DNA of 34,753 bases from Octopus bimaculoides (lineage: Eukaryota): contig NC_068984.1 of NCBI RefSeq assembly GCF_001194135.2, positions 12,488,100 through 12,522,852 on the forward strand, read 5' to 3'. Each line of letters opens with the position of its first letter. Position 1 is the stretch's first letter. Position numbers and translations under genes: made by a program. This document shows, piece by piece, positions 1 through 11,019 of this stretch. The notes below the pieces were generated by a model. It was not told where the DNA came from, made no database searches, and saw nothing but the letters and a program-made list of their open reading frames with translations.

Positions 1-170
1 TATGTAATTGTGTATGTGTGTAAATGTGTATGCATATGTGCGTGCATGTATGTGTGTATGTATGTATGCATGTATGTATCTGTGTGTAAGTATGTATGTG
101 TATATGTATGTATGTTTGTGTATGTATGTGAGCATGTATGTGTGTATTTGTGTATGTATGTCCATTCGGC
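1..170. repeat. Compound (TATG)n/(TG)n microsatellite
   Basis: Direct reading; the ORF-track MCMCV/MYVC peptides are its translation. Confidence 0.95.
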
Positions 171-404
171 ACAAACATCTGCCGAGGAGACTGGATGGAA
201 ACTGACGAACCCAATGCTCGGATACGAGCTGGAGCCGACGACGATTACAATAATGAAGGAATGATCGTTGGTTCAACATGAAATAATATTGCAAATAAAG
301 TTGTATCCTTCTTTTTTACTTTTCATTACAATCTTTAATTTTTGATAAAATTTAAAAATTGTTTGTTTAAATAAACCCATTTCAAGAAAGTATCAAGATA
401 AAAG

Positions 405-452
405 TCAGCGGGCCGCATGCGGGCCACGGGCCTCGCTCTATGTAATCACCTG
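405..452. mobile_element. Possible hAT-type DNA transposon terminal remnant
   Basis: GC-rich GCGGGCCGCATGCGGGCCACGGGCC followed by ...CACCTG resembles the subterminal GGCCCGC motifs and CAGG-type end of hAT/Charlie elements. No partner end or TSD seen. Confidence 0.3.
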
Positions 453-620
453 ATTTGCTAGGAATAACAACTAAATATCTTCAAATCACAGACTACCATC
501 TTAAAAAGGGACATGGCTAATGTGGTTCAGGGTTTCATAGATGGGATGATCACGGCTGAAATGCCTTTAAACATGGGCGTGATCCATCCGTCTGATCTGG
601 GGTTAATCCACAATAATAGC
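450..620 (+). repeat. Interspersed repeat, family C (probable SINE 3' portion)
   Basis: TTGCTAGGAATAACAACTAAA..TCAAATCACAGACTACCATCTTAAAAA..GGATGATCACGGCTGAAATGCCTTT is similar to 33745-33940 and, in part, to 10285-10357. Confidence 0.45.
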
Positions 621-623
621 CAT

Positions 624-780
624 TATCGGGCGAGCGTCGGACAAAATACAAGCGTTTTACGTTCTGAGTTCAAATCCGAGGTCGGTAAAATAAATACCAG
701 TTCAGTACTGAGGTCGATGTAATTGACTAAACCCCTCCCCTCAAAACTACTAGCCTTCTGCAAAAATTAGGAAGAATTAT
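624..780 (+). mobile_element. tRNA-derived SINE, family A, internally deleted
   Basis: B-box-like GAGTTCAAATCC, then GAGGTCG..ATAAATACCAGT..GGTCGATGTAATTGACT, shared with the other family A copies. Confidence 0.6.
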
Positions 781-948
781 CTTAGAAAGGATTGGCTGTT
801 ATATGGTTATTCGATCCGTTAGAAATAACTGTTAAATCTATCTCGAATCATGTAATTCTGTATTAAAAAAAAGGTTACGTTATCCGATGTCTTAAATTAA
901 GATGATTGATCATGGCTGGATCGCCTTTTCAGTTGTTATAAAAACAGT

Positions 949-949
<1 letters not shown>

Positions 950-1001
<52 letters not shown>
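950..1001. repeat. (GA)n microsatellite running into gap
   Basis: Direct reading. Confidence 0.95.
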
Positions 1002-1349
1002 NNNNNNNNNNNNNNNNNNNNNNNNNNNNNNNNNNNNNNNNNNNNNNNNNNNNNNNNNNNNNNNNNNNNNNNNNNNNNNNNNNNNNNNNNNNNNNNNNNN
1101 NNNNNNNNNNNNNNNNNNNNNNNNNNNNNNNNNNNNNNNNNNNNNNNNNNNNNNNNNNNNNNNNNNNNNNNNNNNNNNNNNNNNNNNNNNNNNNNNNNNN
1201 NNNNNNNNNNNNNNNNNNNNNNNNNNNNNNNNNNNNNNNNNNNNNNNNNNNNNNNNNNNNNNNNNNNNNNNNNNNNNNNNNNNNNNNNNNNNNNNNNNNN
1301 NNNNNTTATTCCGGGTGCCATTAAGGGAAGAATCTAATGGTTACCTTAT

Positions 1350-1366
1350 TGGCATGTATGTATGTA

Positions 1367-1398
<32 letters not shown>

Positions 1399-1470
1399 CG
1401 TGGTGTATGTATATGTGTGTGTGTGTGTGTATATGTGCGTGGTGTATGTATATGTGTGTGTGCGTGCGTA
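1350..1470. repeat. (TG)n/(TATG)n compound microsatellite
   Basis: Direct reading; probably the internal microsatellite of the adjacent family B SINE. Confidence 0.9.
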
Positions 1471-1471
1471 T

Positions 1472-1622
1472 GTCTGTTAGCCGCTGCCTGATGACCGATG
1501 TTCGTTTGCTTACGTCCCATTAACCAATAAGACAAGTATCAAGCTTAATGAACAAGTACTGGAATCGATTTGAAGAGGTGCTGCAGCATGGCCGCAATTT
1601 AATGACAGAAACAAGTAAAAAA
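1472..1622 (+). mobile_element. SINE family B, 3' half
   Basis: TTACGTCCC..AAGTACTGGAATCGATT..GGTGCTGCAGCATGGCCGCAATTTAATGACAGAAACAAGTAAAA matches the 3' end of the full copy at 31294-31720. Confidence 0.7.
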
Positions 1623-1669
1623 AACTAAAAAAAAGATGCATAAATTAGCAGCATTTAAGAACACAGCTT

Positions 1670-1768
1670 ACTTGTAAATATCGTACAGTAAACATTGTAT
1701 TCACTTGTAAATATCTTATGGTAAACATCAGATTCACGAGTAAATACCTTGTAGCAAGCATTGTATTA
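1670..1768. repeat. Degenerate 33-bp minisatellite, 3 copies
   Basis: ACTTGTAAATATCGTACAGTAAACATTGTATTC / ACTTGTAAATATCTTATGGTAAACATCAGATTC / ACGAGTAAATACCTTGTAGCAAGCATTGTATTA. Confidence 0.7.
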
Positions 1769-1959
1769 AGATAACAGCATCAATATCGTCTGAAAAGTGT
1801 TTAAAATGTAAAGCAGACACCAGCAGCATATCTTGTAAAACATCTTCCATTTCTAATCGCCTGCAAATTAGATTGGAAATTACTAAATTAAGCAGGGATA
1901 GAGATATAATTAACTGCCTTCATTAATTCCCTTAATTTTTCTAAGTAAGAGCGTCCGTA

Positions 1960-2125
1960 GTTTATTGGAGTGGAAATTGGAATATTAAGGGAAATTAGTG
2001 CTTCTTAATGTGCATTTTGAATTATTGCAGGCTGGAGTGAAAAACTATAATGGGAAGAGAATTGCAGAGGATTGTAGTTCTGGAGAAAGATTTTGGTTTG
2101 TACAGAGGTGGTAAAAAGACTGAGT
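1960..2125 (-). mobile_element. Decayed LINE 3' end (CR1/L2/Jockey group)
   Basis: Minus strand reads SFSRTTILCNSLPIIVFHSSLQ*FKMHIKKH, resembling the 'FFPRT..LWNSLP...F...K..I' C-terminus of CR1/L2-group ORF2. Confidence 0.4.
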
Positions 2126-2399
2126 AAATATATTATTTCTCAGTCGTTCGTGTTTTGCTTAATTTTTTATGTTGTTGTGCTAGTCTGTTAATATTCTAAG
2201 TTTTCCATACACACGTCCTCCAACTGCCACACATGTTTCGACAAATCTGCAAAGTTTCTTTTGCCTTTCGTTCGTGATGGTGTAACAATGTAACACTTTT
2301 CTAACTACTGTAACTTTGGTATTAATCGGAAGGAACTCCTCTCCTTGACGCAAGTACAATAAGCTATTCAGGAAAAAAACACAAACGTTTCAAAGTTAG

Positions 2400-3020
2400 T
2401 TAAGAAAATTATTGTCAAATGCCTACAATATCGAGCAAAGAATATCTGCACCGATGAATCAGCTTTTAAAGATGACAACTAAAAATAAACTCGTGAATAA
2501 CAATACATCACCCATCATATGAGTCTCACTTCCACTTTTAAGCACAAAATATAAGTTGGCCCAAACTTACAACAAACCAAACTTACCGCAAAGATTTTTT
2601 CCCAGAAAAACCAGAGAATCTACTTCACGTATAACATTAAGTAACATCACACATCGTAGACGTCTCACCAAAGTCAAACATACTCAAGAGTGATCAGAAC
2701 ATAAAAACTACATCTACAATAACTCTTGTGCGGAAAGTTTTATGGAAAGAGAAACTAGGCGGTCTCTGCAGGTCAAACTCAAGGAACATCAAAGTGCCTG
2801 AAATAGAAGAGAAATATCTAAATCAGGCATGGTTGAGCATGCATAGGAAAACAAAGTATGTAGCTCTATGATATGACGTTTCAATAAATGATAGAGAACT
2901 ATTATAGAGCGTAAGAAATATCAAAGGAGAACATAAAAAAATTGCTTACTGTTTATTAACCCAGGCACTAAGTGCAGTACTGATCGTCTTTCCTAAAATT
3001 ACAACAAAAAAGTGTCAGTG
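2400..3020 (+). mobile_element. Decayed Penelope-like retroelement fragment (RT C-terminus/linker plus GIY-YIG endonuclease)
   Basis: Manual translation gives VKKIIVKCLQYRAKNICTDE (PLE RT thumb-like) and RLTKVKHTQE*SEHKNYIYNNSC..ETRRSLQVKLKEHQSA*NRREISKSGMVEHA*EN, matching the PLE GIY-YIG pattern (VY.IPC..YIGET.R.L..RL.EH...KS..AEH.W). Multiple stops and frameshifts. Confidence 0.8.
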
Positions 3021-3063
3021 GATTAAAGTGTTATTAAAGCTTAGTTAAGAATTAATAGTTTCG

Positions 3064-3385
3064 TCATTCAGTATGGAAGAGATTGATGGATGTTCGTTGG
3101 AGAAAGACAGTGTCCACTTTTAGTAGAGCTTGCAATTCTTTGCGAACGATCGCCAGTTGTTCTCGGGTTAGGATCATTTCTTCGTGGAAATGGGTCTTTT
3201 TCTTTAAAGTTTGCTTTATTATATTAGCATCAACGAACGAGGAAGTTTGTTTTTCTGTTTTGAGGATATTTGAAAAGTCGGTCTATAATCGATGCAGTTT
3301 TGAAGAGCAAATCATCATAAGACAATTATGGATTGTTAAATTTGTTTTGTTCTGCAATTGTGGATTGATCAGTCATTGTTTCTTA
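3064..3385 (-). pseudogene. Coding-like remnant, possibly the N-terminal region of a PLE ORF
   Basis: Minus frame LINPQLQNKTNLTIHNCLMMICSSKLHRL*TDFSNILKTEKQTSSFVDANIIKQTLKKKTHFHEEMILTREQLAIVRKELQALLKVDTVFLQRTSINLFHTE* has one internal stop in about 105 codons and abuts the PLE fragment tail-to-tail. The family assignment is a guess. Confidence 0.3.
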
Positions 3386-3395
3386 TTGATTTCAA

Positions 3396-3589
3396 ATATT
3401 GGCACCAGGCCAGCAATTTCGGATGAGGTAGTAAGTCGATTACATTGGCTCTAGTGTTTAACTGGTACTTATTTTATCGATCCCGAAAGGTAAAGTCAAC
3501 CTTGGCAGAATTTGAATTCAAAACGTAAAGACGGACGAAATTTCGCAAAGCATTTTGTCCGGCATGCTAACAATTCTGCCAGCTCACCG
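3396..3589 (-). mobile_element. tRNA-derived SINE, family A
   Basis: Reverse complement begins GGTGAGCTGGCAGAATTGTTAGC (A-box-like), has TGAATTCAAATTC (B-box-like), then GGTTGACTTTACCTTTCGGGATCGATAAAATAAGTACCAGT. Confidence 0.85.
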
Positions 3590-3994
3590 TACTCAGTCAT
3601 TGTATCATATTTTAAGGTTATGTGAAGAAAGGGGACTTTCTCAATCTGAACAAACTTAACGGAAATTTAACGAATGTGTTAAGACTGCAGCAAAGGAATT
3701 TTTAAGCACAACTGAATAACTTTGAAACTTAAAGAAAAAAAAAAGAAAAAAAAAAAGAAAGGACATTAACAGAATGAAAAAAGAAACATAACAATAAAGT
3801 TAGCTAATATTACAAAGAAGAAATAATCCAGGAAATTCCTCTCCAATATGATAATTCTTCTTAGATAACTTTATGATATATCTTAGCTTATTGGCTGGAA
3901 GCCTCAATAGCAATGGAGAAAATCGCCTTATTCGGAATCTATAAGTTATTGGTTTTCGTTGGTGAAAGGAATAAAAAGAATATCCATGCATATA

Positions 3995-4056
3995 TTTTCT
4001 TTTACTTTTACTTGTTTCAGTCATTAAATTGTGGCTATACTGGGGCACCGTCTTCA
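3995..4056 (-). mobile_element. SINE family B 3' tail fragment
   Basis: TTTTACTTGTTTCAGTCATTAAATTGTGGCTATACTGGGGCACCG matches the family B end. Confidence 0.65.
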
Positions 4057-4152
4057 ATTTTATTAAATTTCCTTCCTTTTTAATTTTTCTTTTTAGCACA
4101 AAATCCTTAACACACGTATACAGTTACTATTTAGATTTCGTTGAATTTCTTC

Positions 4153-4265
4153 AGGACGACATAGTTATGAATCGAGGACGACATAGTTATGAATCGAGGA
4201 CGACATAGTTATGAATCGAGGACGACATAGTTATGAATCGAGGACGACATAGTTATGAATCGAGG
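4153..4265. repeat. Perfect 22-bp minisatellite, 5 copies (AGGACGACATAGTTATGAATCG)
   Basis: Identical units start at 4153, 4175, 4197, 4219 and 4241, followed by AGG; no spacers. Confidence 0.97.
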
Positions 4266-4610
4266 GTGTTTAAAGCATTAAGCATTACATTAAATTTAAT
4301 TAAATGTTTATTAGCTTTACAGAAGAATAACGAAGAGTAGGGAAGTATTAGAGAAGGCAAAACAAGAGTAATTGTCTCCTTCTTTGAGGCATAAAAGACA
4401 TCAGATCACTCATTCTCTCCCAATTCTGTTTTATGAATACATATCCTGCATCCATTTAATATGAAAATAAATATTTTGCACCTCATTTTTTTTTCTCTTT
4501 GCAATACATTTTTTCTCTTCTTTTTGATATATGTTGAATCCACTAATATCGAAAATGTAATTATAATTAACATCATTGTTTTAGCATAGTAAAATGGACA
4601 TTATAAAGAG

Positions 4611-4613
<3 letters not shown>

Positions 4614-4650
<37 letters not shown>
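4614..4650. repeat. (ATT)n microsatellite
   Basis: Direct reading. Confidence 0.95.
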
Positions 4651-4651
<1 letters not shown>

Positions 4652-5394
4652 AAATATTGAAGAGGAAATAGCAACATGGTAACATAGAAATGTTGGTAAT
4701 TTTTTCCCCTTTGTCCATTGATTAATTATGGGGGCTATGAAATATTAATTTAACTACAATAACAACAAAGAGCATTATACAAATAGATATCTAAGAAACA
4801 ACAACAACAGCGACAACAACAAAACACGAAGAAATAAATCACTACGAAAAAATTTGTATAGAAATAACCTCTGCTTCTGAAACATTTTGCAACAACGACA
4901 ACAGCACCACCAATAGCTACTGTAACAGAGGCAGCATTAGAAATTATAAATAGTAGCAAAAAAGTGATATTGAAAATGTTACTTTGAAGCAGTTTAGAAA
5001 AAGAAGGTCATTTAATATAAGTTTTTTTGTTCAGATATTTTCTTCTTTCCTGAAATATAACAATGCNNNNNNNNNNNNNNNNNNNNNNNNNNNNNNNNNN
5101 NNNNNNNNNNNNNNNNNNNNNNNNNNNNNNNNNNNNNNNNNNNNNNNNNNNNNNNNNNNNNNNNNNNNNNNNNNNNNNNNNNNNNNNNNNNNNNNNNNNN
5201 NNNNNNNNNNNNNNNNNNNNNNNNNNNNNNNNNNNNNNNNNNNNNNNNNNNNNNNNNNNNNNNNNNNNNNNNNNNNNNNNNNNNNNNNNNNNNNNNNNNN
5301 NNNNNNNNNNNNNNNNNNNNNNNNNNNNNNNNNNNNNNNNNNNNNNNNNNNNNNNNNNNNNNNNNNNNNNNNNNNNNNNNNNNNNNNNNNNNNN

Positions 5395-5447
<53 letters not shown>
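5395..5447. repeat. (CA)n microsatellite at gap edge
   Basis: Direct reading. Confidence 0.95.
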
Positions 5448-5448
<1 letters not shown>

Positions 5449-6340
5449 TTCAGAAATTAACTATATACATTTCTATCTTTACCGTCTACCGCTTAGTTTT
5501 GTTTTTTGTTTTCATCTTTCCCGCATTCGGTCAATAGTTCTAGAAGACATTATCTATTTTATTCTTCTTATTCCAATTCTCTTTATTTGCTAATTTTTCT
5601 TGTGTAGTCATTGTCTTTAACAATGTTTTTCCGAACAAAATCCCATCTGTCACATACAATCATTTCCGAAAGATTTTAAAGATTTTTATCTAATTTCTCA
5701 AGACAAAATAACAAGATTACTTTTATTCGTTTTACTTTACAGTACACCCACTTACACATAGTTTTGTCGATGTTAATTTCCTATATTATCAAGTATGTAG
5801 ACGTTGAAACAAACACTAAGCAGTTATCTATTCTCCCTCTGTATCAAGGTCATAAAAATAGCTAATTACAAAATCTTAGTGAAATAACCTCTGTGAACTT
5901 GCTCATTACATTTATAATTCAATTGAGGGATATGAAGAAAATATCAAGAGAATAAAATAAATATAATATAAAAATAAGGATAGTTTTTCCCTCTACTAAA
6001 ATAAATAACTATATGTCCACATTTGCATTTAGTCTATATACCCAATTTCTCATATAATACCATATGTTTCCAACTTTCACAAAATACCACACGACTTTAT
6101 AATATCACTTATTACAAAAAATGCAGAGTGGTTGATTGTACTATAAGCTAGTCTAAGCAGGAGAGACACTTCTTATCATTATCTATAAAGCACAAAAATG
6201 TTATACAGATATATCACCTTAACTGGACGAAGTATCATTAGCATAGTCACCATGAAAGACTTTTTAAAAAATGGATTTTAGTATTGACTATTAGAATAGA
6301 TTGAAAGGAAAATTCAGTAACGTATTTTCTGTCTTTTATA

Positions 6341-6540
6341 TTTTACTTGTTTCAGTCATTAGACACCCAGAAGAATTTAGTCGAAGAAATCAAATCCCAG
6401 GATTTATTTGTTTCTATTTTAAAATTCGGTCCCTTTTGCTGAACATAGTTTCCGAAGTTACGGAAACGTAATAAAAAAAAAAATCAGTTGTCAAGCGGTG
6501 AGGCGGGATGGGGGTAGGAATACAAGCACAAAACAAAACA

Positions 6541-6618
<78 letters not shown>

Positions 6619-6785
6619 CCTCTGTCTATCTACCTACGACAGTCTTTCACAGTTTCTGTCTACCAAATTCACTCACCAAGCTTTCACTCGCCCCCGGGCT
6701 ATGGTATATCTCACTTGTCCAAAGTGCTGTGCAGTGGGACTGAACCGTAACCCTGAACCCGAATCTATGTTATTGGAAAGCTTTA
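6341..6785 (-). mobile_element. SINE family B, near full length, with internal (CT)(TA)(TCTA) microsatellite
   Basis: Colinear with 31294-31720: TTTTACTTGTTTCAGTCATT..GTTGTCAAGCG..[microsatellite]..CAGTTTCTGTCTACCAAATTCACTCAC..GCAGTGGGACTGAACC. Confidence 0.85.
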
Positions 6786-7119
6786 TTCATCAGCATTATT
6801 CAGCCTCATTATTCATTAACAAAGTACTGTTGAATAATGAAGATGTAATGGTATATATACTTTAACCATAAAATTTATATATCATCAATTTACAACTATG
6901 CAATAAGACTAAGCTTAGGATTTCTTATGGCATGAAACATTACGAGATATCTGTTCAAGACTAACAAAAGGCGTCGATTTTGTGTTCGGACGATGTTTTT
7001 ATACTAAAAAGACGCAATATATTTGGCTGTGCAGAATATTCTACGAAAGATGCAGTCATACAAATATTCTACAGTCTTTCATATGAGCATGATATATTCT
7101 TTTATTCACACATTCCTCC

Positions 7120-8115
7120 ATTCTTCATTCTATCCCAATACTTGATTAGTTTATATTATCGTCCAAAGAAGGGAGAAAAGTAAGTGACCTCAGCGGGATT
7201 TGAACTATAAATATATGAAGCCGGAACAAATGCCGTAAAGCGTTAGGTTCGTGACTCTAACGATTCAGCCAATCCGCCACTCCAACTAAGTGTTATAATT
7301 CTGTCTAACAGCTAAAAATCTTAAAATCTTGGTGAGAGAAGTATCCGATTATATCGACCTCGGTATCTTACTGGTACTTTATATGACCTACCTCGAGGAA
7401 ATGAAAGGCAAATTTGACCTCGGCGGGATTTAAACTAAGAGTGCAAAGAGCCACAAGAAATAGTGCGCAGGATTTTGCCCGATGCTCTACTGATTCTGTC
7501 AATCTCCTGTCTTTAACAGATGTTCTAATATACACACAAGGCATGAAAGTTTAGGGAGGAGGAGTGATCAGATTATATCAATTCCATTAACCTAGTAATT
7601 TATTTTATCGACCTCGAGGGATGAAAAGCAAAGTTGACCTCAGTGGGATTTGAACTCAAAACGTAAGAAAACAAAAATCGTAACGAATGCCAATAACGCT
7701 CTACCGATTTAGTAAGCCTACCGCTTTTAATAATTGTTTCTAAACAAAGCCTGAAATTTTGTAGGAGGGTATTAGTTGGTTATATCGATCTCAGTATTTT
7801 ACTGCTACTTTATTTCATTGACCCCAGAAAGATGAAGAACAAAGTTGACTTTAGTGGAATTTGAACTCAGAATGTAAAATGCCAGGAAAATGCCTCAACA
7901 TATTTTTATCCGATGCTTTAACGATTCTGCAAAACCCGTTGATTTAACTAAATATAACAACTTGTCTTTCGTGAAGACAGAAGACAAATTTCTGCAAGAG
8001 GAAGAATTGAATCGACTTTAGTATATTAACGAAAGACAAAGTGAAGGACAGCGAGATATCGAACCAATTGCCATAAAACATTTAGTCAGGCGATCTACAG
8101 ACTCACCCATCGAAA
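7120..8115 (-). mobile_element. Head-to-tail array of about 5 diverged family A SINE copies
   Basis: The motif (T)GACCTC(A/G)G(C/T)GGGATTTGAACT..GCTCTA(A/C)(C/T)GATT recurs with ~200-bp period. Approximate units: 7120-7280, 7300-7510, 7525-7725, 7735-7940, and a very decayed 7965-8115. Confidence 0.75.
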
Positions 8116-8834
8116 ATGCTATTCTAAATGTAATATAATAAATTATACTGAAGTTCTGCAGTAATTACAGACCAGAAGAAGCAAACCGATCGAACTCTTT
8201 ATTTATGGATATGTGCAGACATATAATTAGACGATTTATATGTGGATTAGAAGAGATCATTTCATAGACGGAGTAGATTAGTGGGATAAAGACTTGACAG
8301 TCGGTTCATTTAAATGTAAGATGCTATTAACTGAGAGTTACTTACTTAAATAGGCCCTTATTACAAGATCTGTATTAGCGAAAACGAAATAAAAACACCT
8401 GTTTCCTATCACAGAGAACGGCATACTAATCAAATGGGGAGGAAAATGCGACGCCCCCAATAAATAAACAACAACAACAACAACCACTCCCCCTAAATAA
8501 AACAAAATAAAGTGAAAACAAAAATGAAAAACAAAAATAGACAAAAAATGTTATTAGCTCAAACAACCGTAGGTTGAGATTTAATGTTAGATAAATTACA
8601 ATTCCGATTCTTCGTCTAAGTATTTCTATTAATTGCTTGTTCAGAAAATGAAGGACAACATTCATAATGGTTTTTGAGGACATCTGAGATTGATGGGCGC
8701 AAAGGAGGAAGTTATATTAAGATTAACTGGAGACCTGATTCAAATGGCTGCAATAGTGTGTACTCCACTGAAGACAATTAATGGCCAGATATAGGTATTA
8801 AACTAGATGCCGGATTATGTATACTACCCACCAA

Positions 8835-8935
8835 AATTCGGATCGTCTTTCCGACTACCTTCCACAACACTTCCGGTATACTAAATTCTACTCACAAGTA
8901 TTTGGTGGGCCGTGAGGCTGGGGTAGATATATTTG
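8835..8935 (-). mobile_element. Highly decayed SINE family B 5' portion
   Basis: TTCCGGTATACTAAATTCTACTCACAAGTATTTGGTGGGCCGTGAGGCT aligns by eye to TTTCTGTCTACCAAATCCACTCACAAGGCTTTGGTCGGCCCGAGGCT. Confidence 0.5.
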
Positions 8936-9654
8936 TTGATTGATTAGAGGAGGTAAATGTTCATACTACACAAACACGTTACTATATGCACTTTTCTGAC
9001 CCAAGATCAGCTTAAGGTTATAGAAAATCTTGACGGCCATTTATTGCTGAAGTAAAAATTAATCAAATAAAATCCGTCACAGTAATTAGCATTAAAAATA
9101 GCTGTGAATTGTCCGTTAATAAGTAAAACGAAAATATCGTCTGCAACAAAACAAAAAAAAAAAAAAGAAAACAGAAAACAGCGACAGTTTTTGGTAGTAA
9201 CAGGATGTCACCGTGAATATAAAGATCAGTGATGTCCAAGAAAGGTGACTGATAGAACACGTCAGGTCGTGTACCAAGTTTTTAAAGCAGACAGTAATTT
9301 CACAAGAGAATTTCCACTTTTATTGCTGTACCCGAACGTTTAGACTTTACTAAAGTAGAAGATTTTTCTAAAGTAATTACTGAAAAAAATGTAATTGAGT
9401 TTGATCTTGGTTATTCAATAAAAAAAATTTGAGAAGGAAGATGTGGTGTCAGCAACTAATGAAGCTAGTAAAAGAAGTTCATTCACAACTCAAATCTACA
9501 AGATAACACTCAAACGTTTATTTCCATTGTGTGGAACGTTGGGGAGGTATTCAGTTTCATACTTCGAAACACTGTTATACTTAGACTGTAAGTGTAAGGC
9601 TTTTAAAAGTATAAAAAATACTGAGTATTCACACACAAAAACATAGATATGCAC

Positions 9655-9656
<2 letters not shown>

Positions 9657-9685
<29 letters not shown>

Positions 9686-9765
9686 TGTATGTATGTATGT
9701 GTGTGTATATGTATGTGTGTGTGTATGTATGATATACATACATACATACATACATACGCACAAAT
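9657..9765. repeat. (TATG)n/(TG)n/(CATA)n compound microsatellite
   Basis: Direct reading. Confidence 0.95.
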
Positions 9766-10296
9766 NNNNNNNNNNNNNNNNNNNNNNNNNNNNNNNNNNN
9801 NNNNNNNNNNNNNNNNNNNNNNNNNNNNNNNNNNNNNNNNNNNNNNNNNNNNNNNNNNNNNNNNNNNNNNNNNNNNNNNNNNNNNNNNNNNNNNNNNNNN
9901 NNNNNNNNNNNNNNNNNNNNNNNNNNNNNNNNNNNNNNNNNNNNNNNNNNNNNNNNNNNNNNNNNNNNNNNNNNNNNNNNNNNNNNNNNNNNNNNNNNNN
10001 NNNNNNNNNNNNNNNNNNNNNNNNNNNNNNNNNNNNNNNNNNNNNNNNNNNNNNNNNNNNNNNNNNNNNNNNNNNNNNNNNNNNNNNNNNNNNNNNNNNN
10101 NNNNNNNNNNNNNNNNNNNNNNNNNNNNNNNNNNNNNNNNNNNNNNNNNNNNNNNNNNNNNNNNNNNNNNNNNNNNNAATTAGCAATTTTGCCAAGTAGT
10201 TCAGTATGAAAAAACCTTTATCGGTAAAGCCATTTATAATCATAAATATACAGGGATTAGCATGAGTTGCTTCTCCAACATACTGAAAATTTAGAA

Positions 10297-10392
10297 ATAG
10301 CAGTCAAAGAACTACTGATTCCAAACTACAAATATCGCCATCCGTTAGAGAAAAAAATGTGTAGTTTGGAATCAGTAGTTCTTTGACTGCTA

Positions 10393-10393
<1 letters not shown>
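10297..10393. repeat. Perfect 34-bp inverted repeat with 29-nt spacer
   Basis: 10297-10330 ATAGCAGTCAAAGAACTACTGATTCCAAACTACA is the exact reverse complement of 10360-10393. Confidence 0.95.
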
Positions 10394-10453
<60 letters not shown>

Positions 10454-10470
10454 GTCTGTCTGTCTGTTTG
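10391..10470. repeat. (TATC)n then (TCTG)n microsatellite
   Basis: Direct reading. Confidence 0.95.
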
Positions 10471-10640
10471 TCGCTCTGTCCATGACTGTAGCCGGGATAA
10501 TGACTGCTGGGTGTTCTCAATTATGAAAATGTTACCACCATTAGACGTCTAATTTGCGAAAATTACAAAATTATTATTAGCTGCATAATTATATTTGCAT
10601 AGTGTTGCTCAAACATGTTAATTGCTTCTGGTTACGAGGA

Positions 10641-10676
<36 letters not shown>

Positions 10677-11019
10677 NNNNNNNNNNTACACACACACATA
10701 TATGTATATATCTGCTGCATAAATGCATGTATATCATACACACACACATATATATATATTATTTTATTTAAAAGAGTTCCAACCCTGTCTGTTTTTTATG
10801 TTTTATTTATATTCTTGTAAAATTAATGTGGGATATAGAATATGAAATATATAATATATAATATAAAAATGGATGGTACAATGAAATGAAGTATTGAATG
10901 TCTTATTGAATATATGAAATATGTCTTATTGAATATATGAAATATTGAGTGTTCAATATAAAGAATTAAATATATAAAGGCGAATACGTATTTTCATACC
11001 TTGTGGTATTTCTCATGGC

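Noticed and set aside
172-288. Short GC-richer frame FGTNICRGDWMETDEPNARIRAGADDDYNNEGMIVGST*
   Set aside because: No acceptor or start context, it begins at a microsatellite, and no family is recognisable; possibly transposon debris.
2031-2123. + strand exon (TTGCAG|GCTGGA...)
   Set aside because: Better explained as the antisense of a LINE 3' end, and the donor is weak.
3052-3072. Minus-strand CUGAAUGA-C-GAAAC hammerhead-like string
   Set aside because: The core has an extra base and there is no stem II, so it cannot fold as an HHR.
4153-4265. CRISPR-like array
   Set aside because: The repeats are directly adjacent with no spacers, the context is eukaryotic, and there are no cas genes.
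6919-7086. 55-codon open frame DFLWHETLRDICSRLTKG...
   Set aside because: No credible donor site, and the length is within chance expectation given the many 60-aa spurious ORFs in this window.
10898-10945. 23-bp tandem duplication ATGTCTTATTGAATATATGAAAT x2
   Set aside because: Real, but an ordinary slippage duplication in AT-rich DNA.
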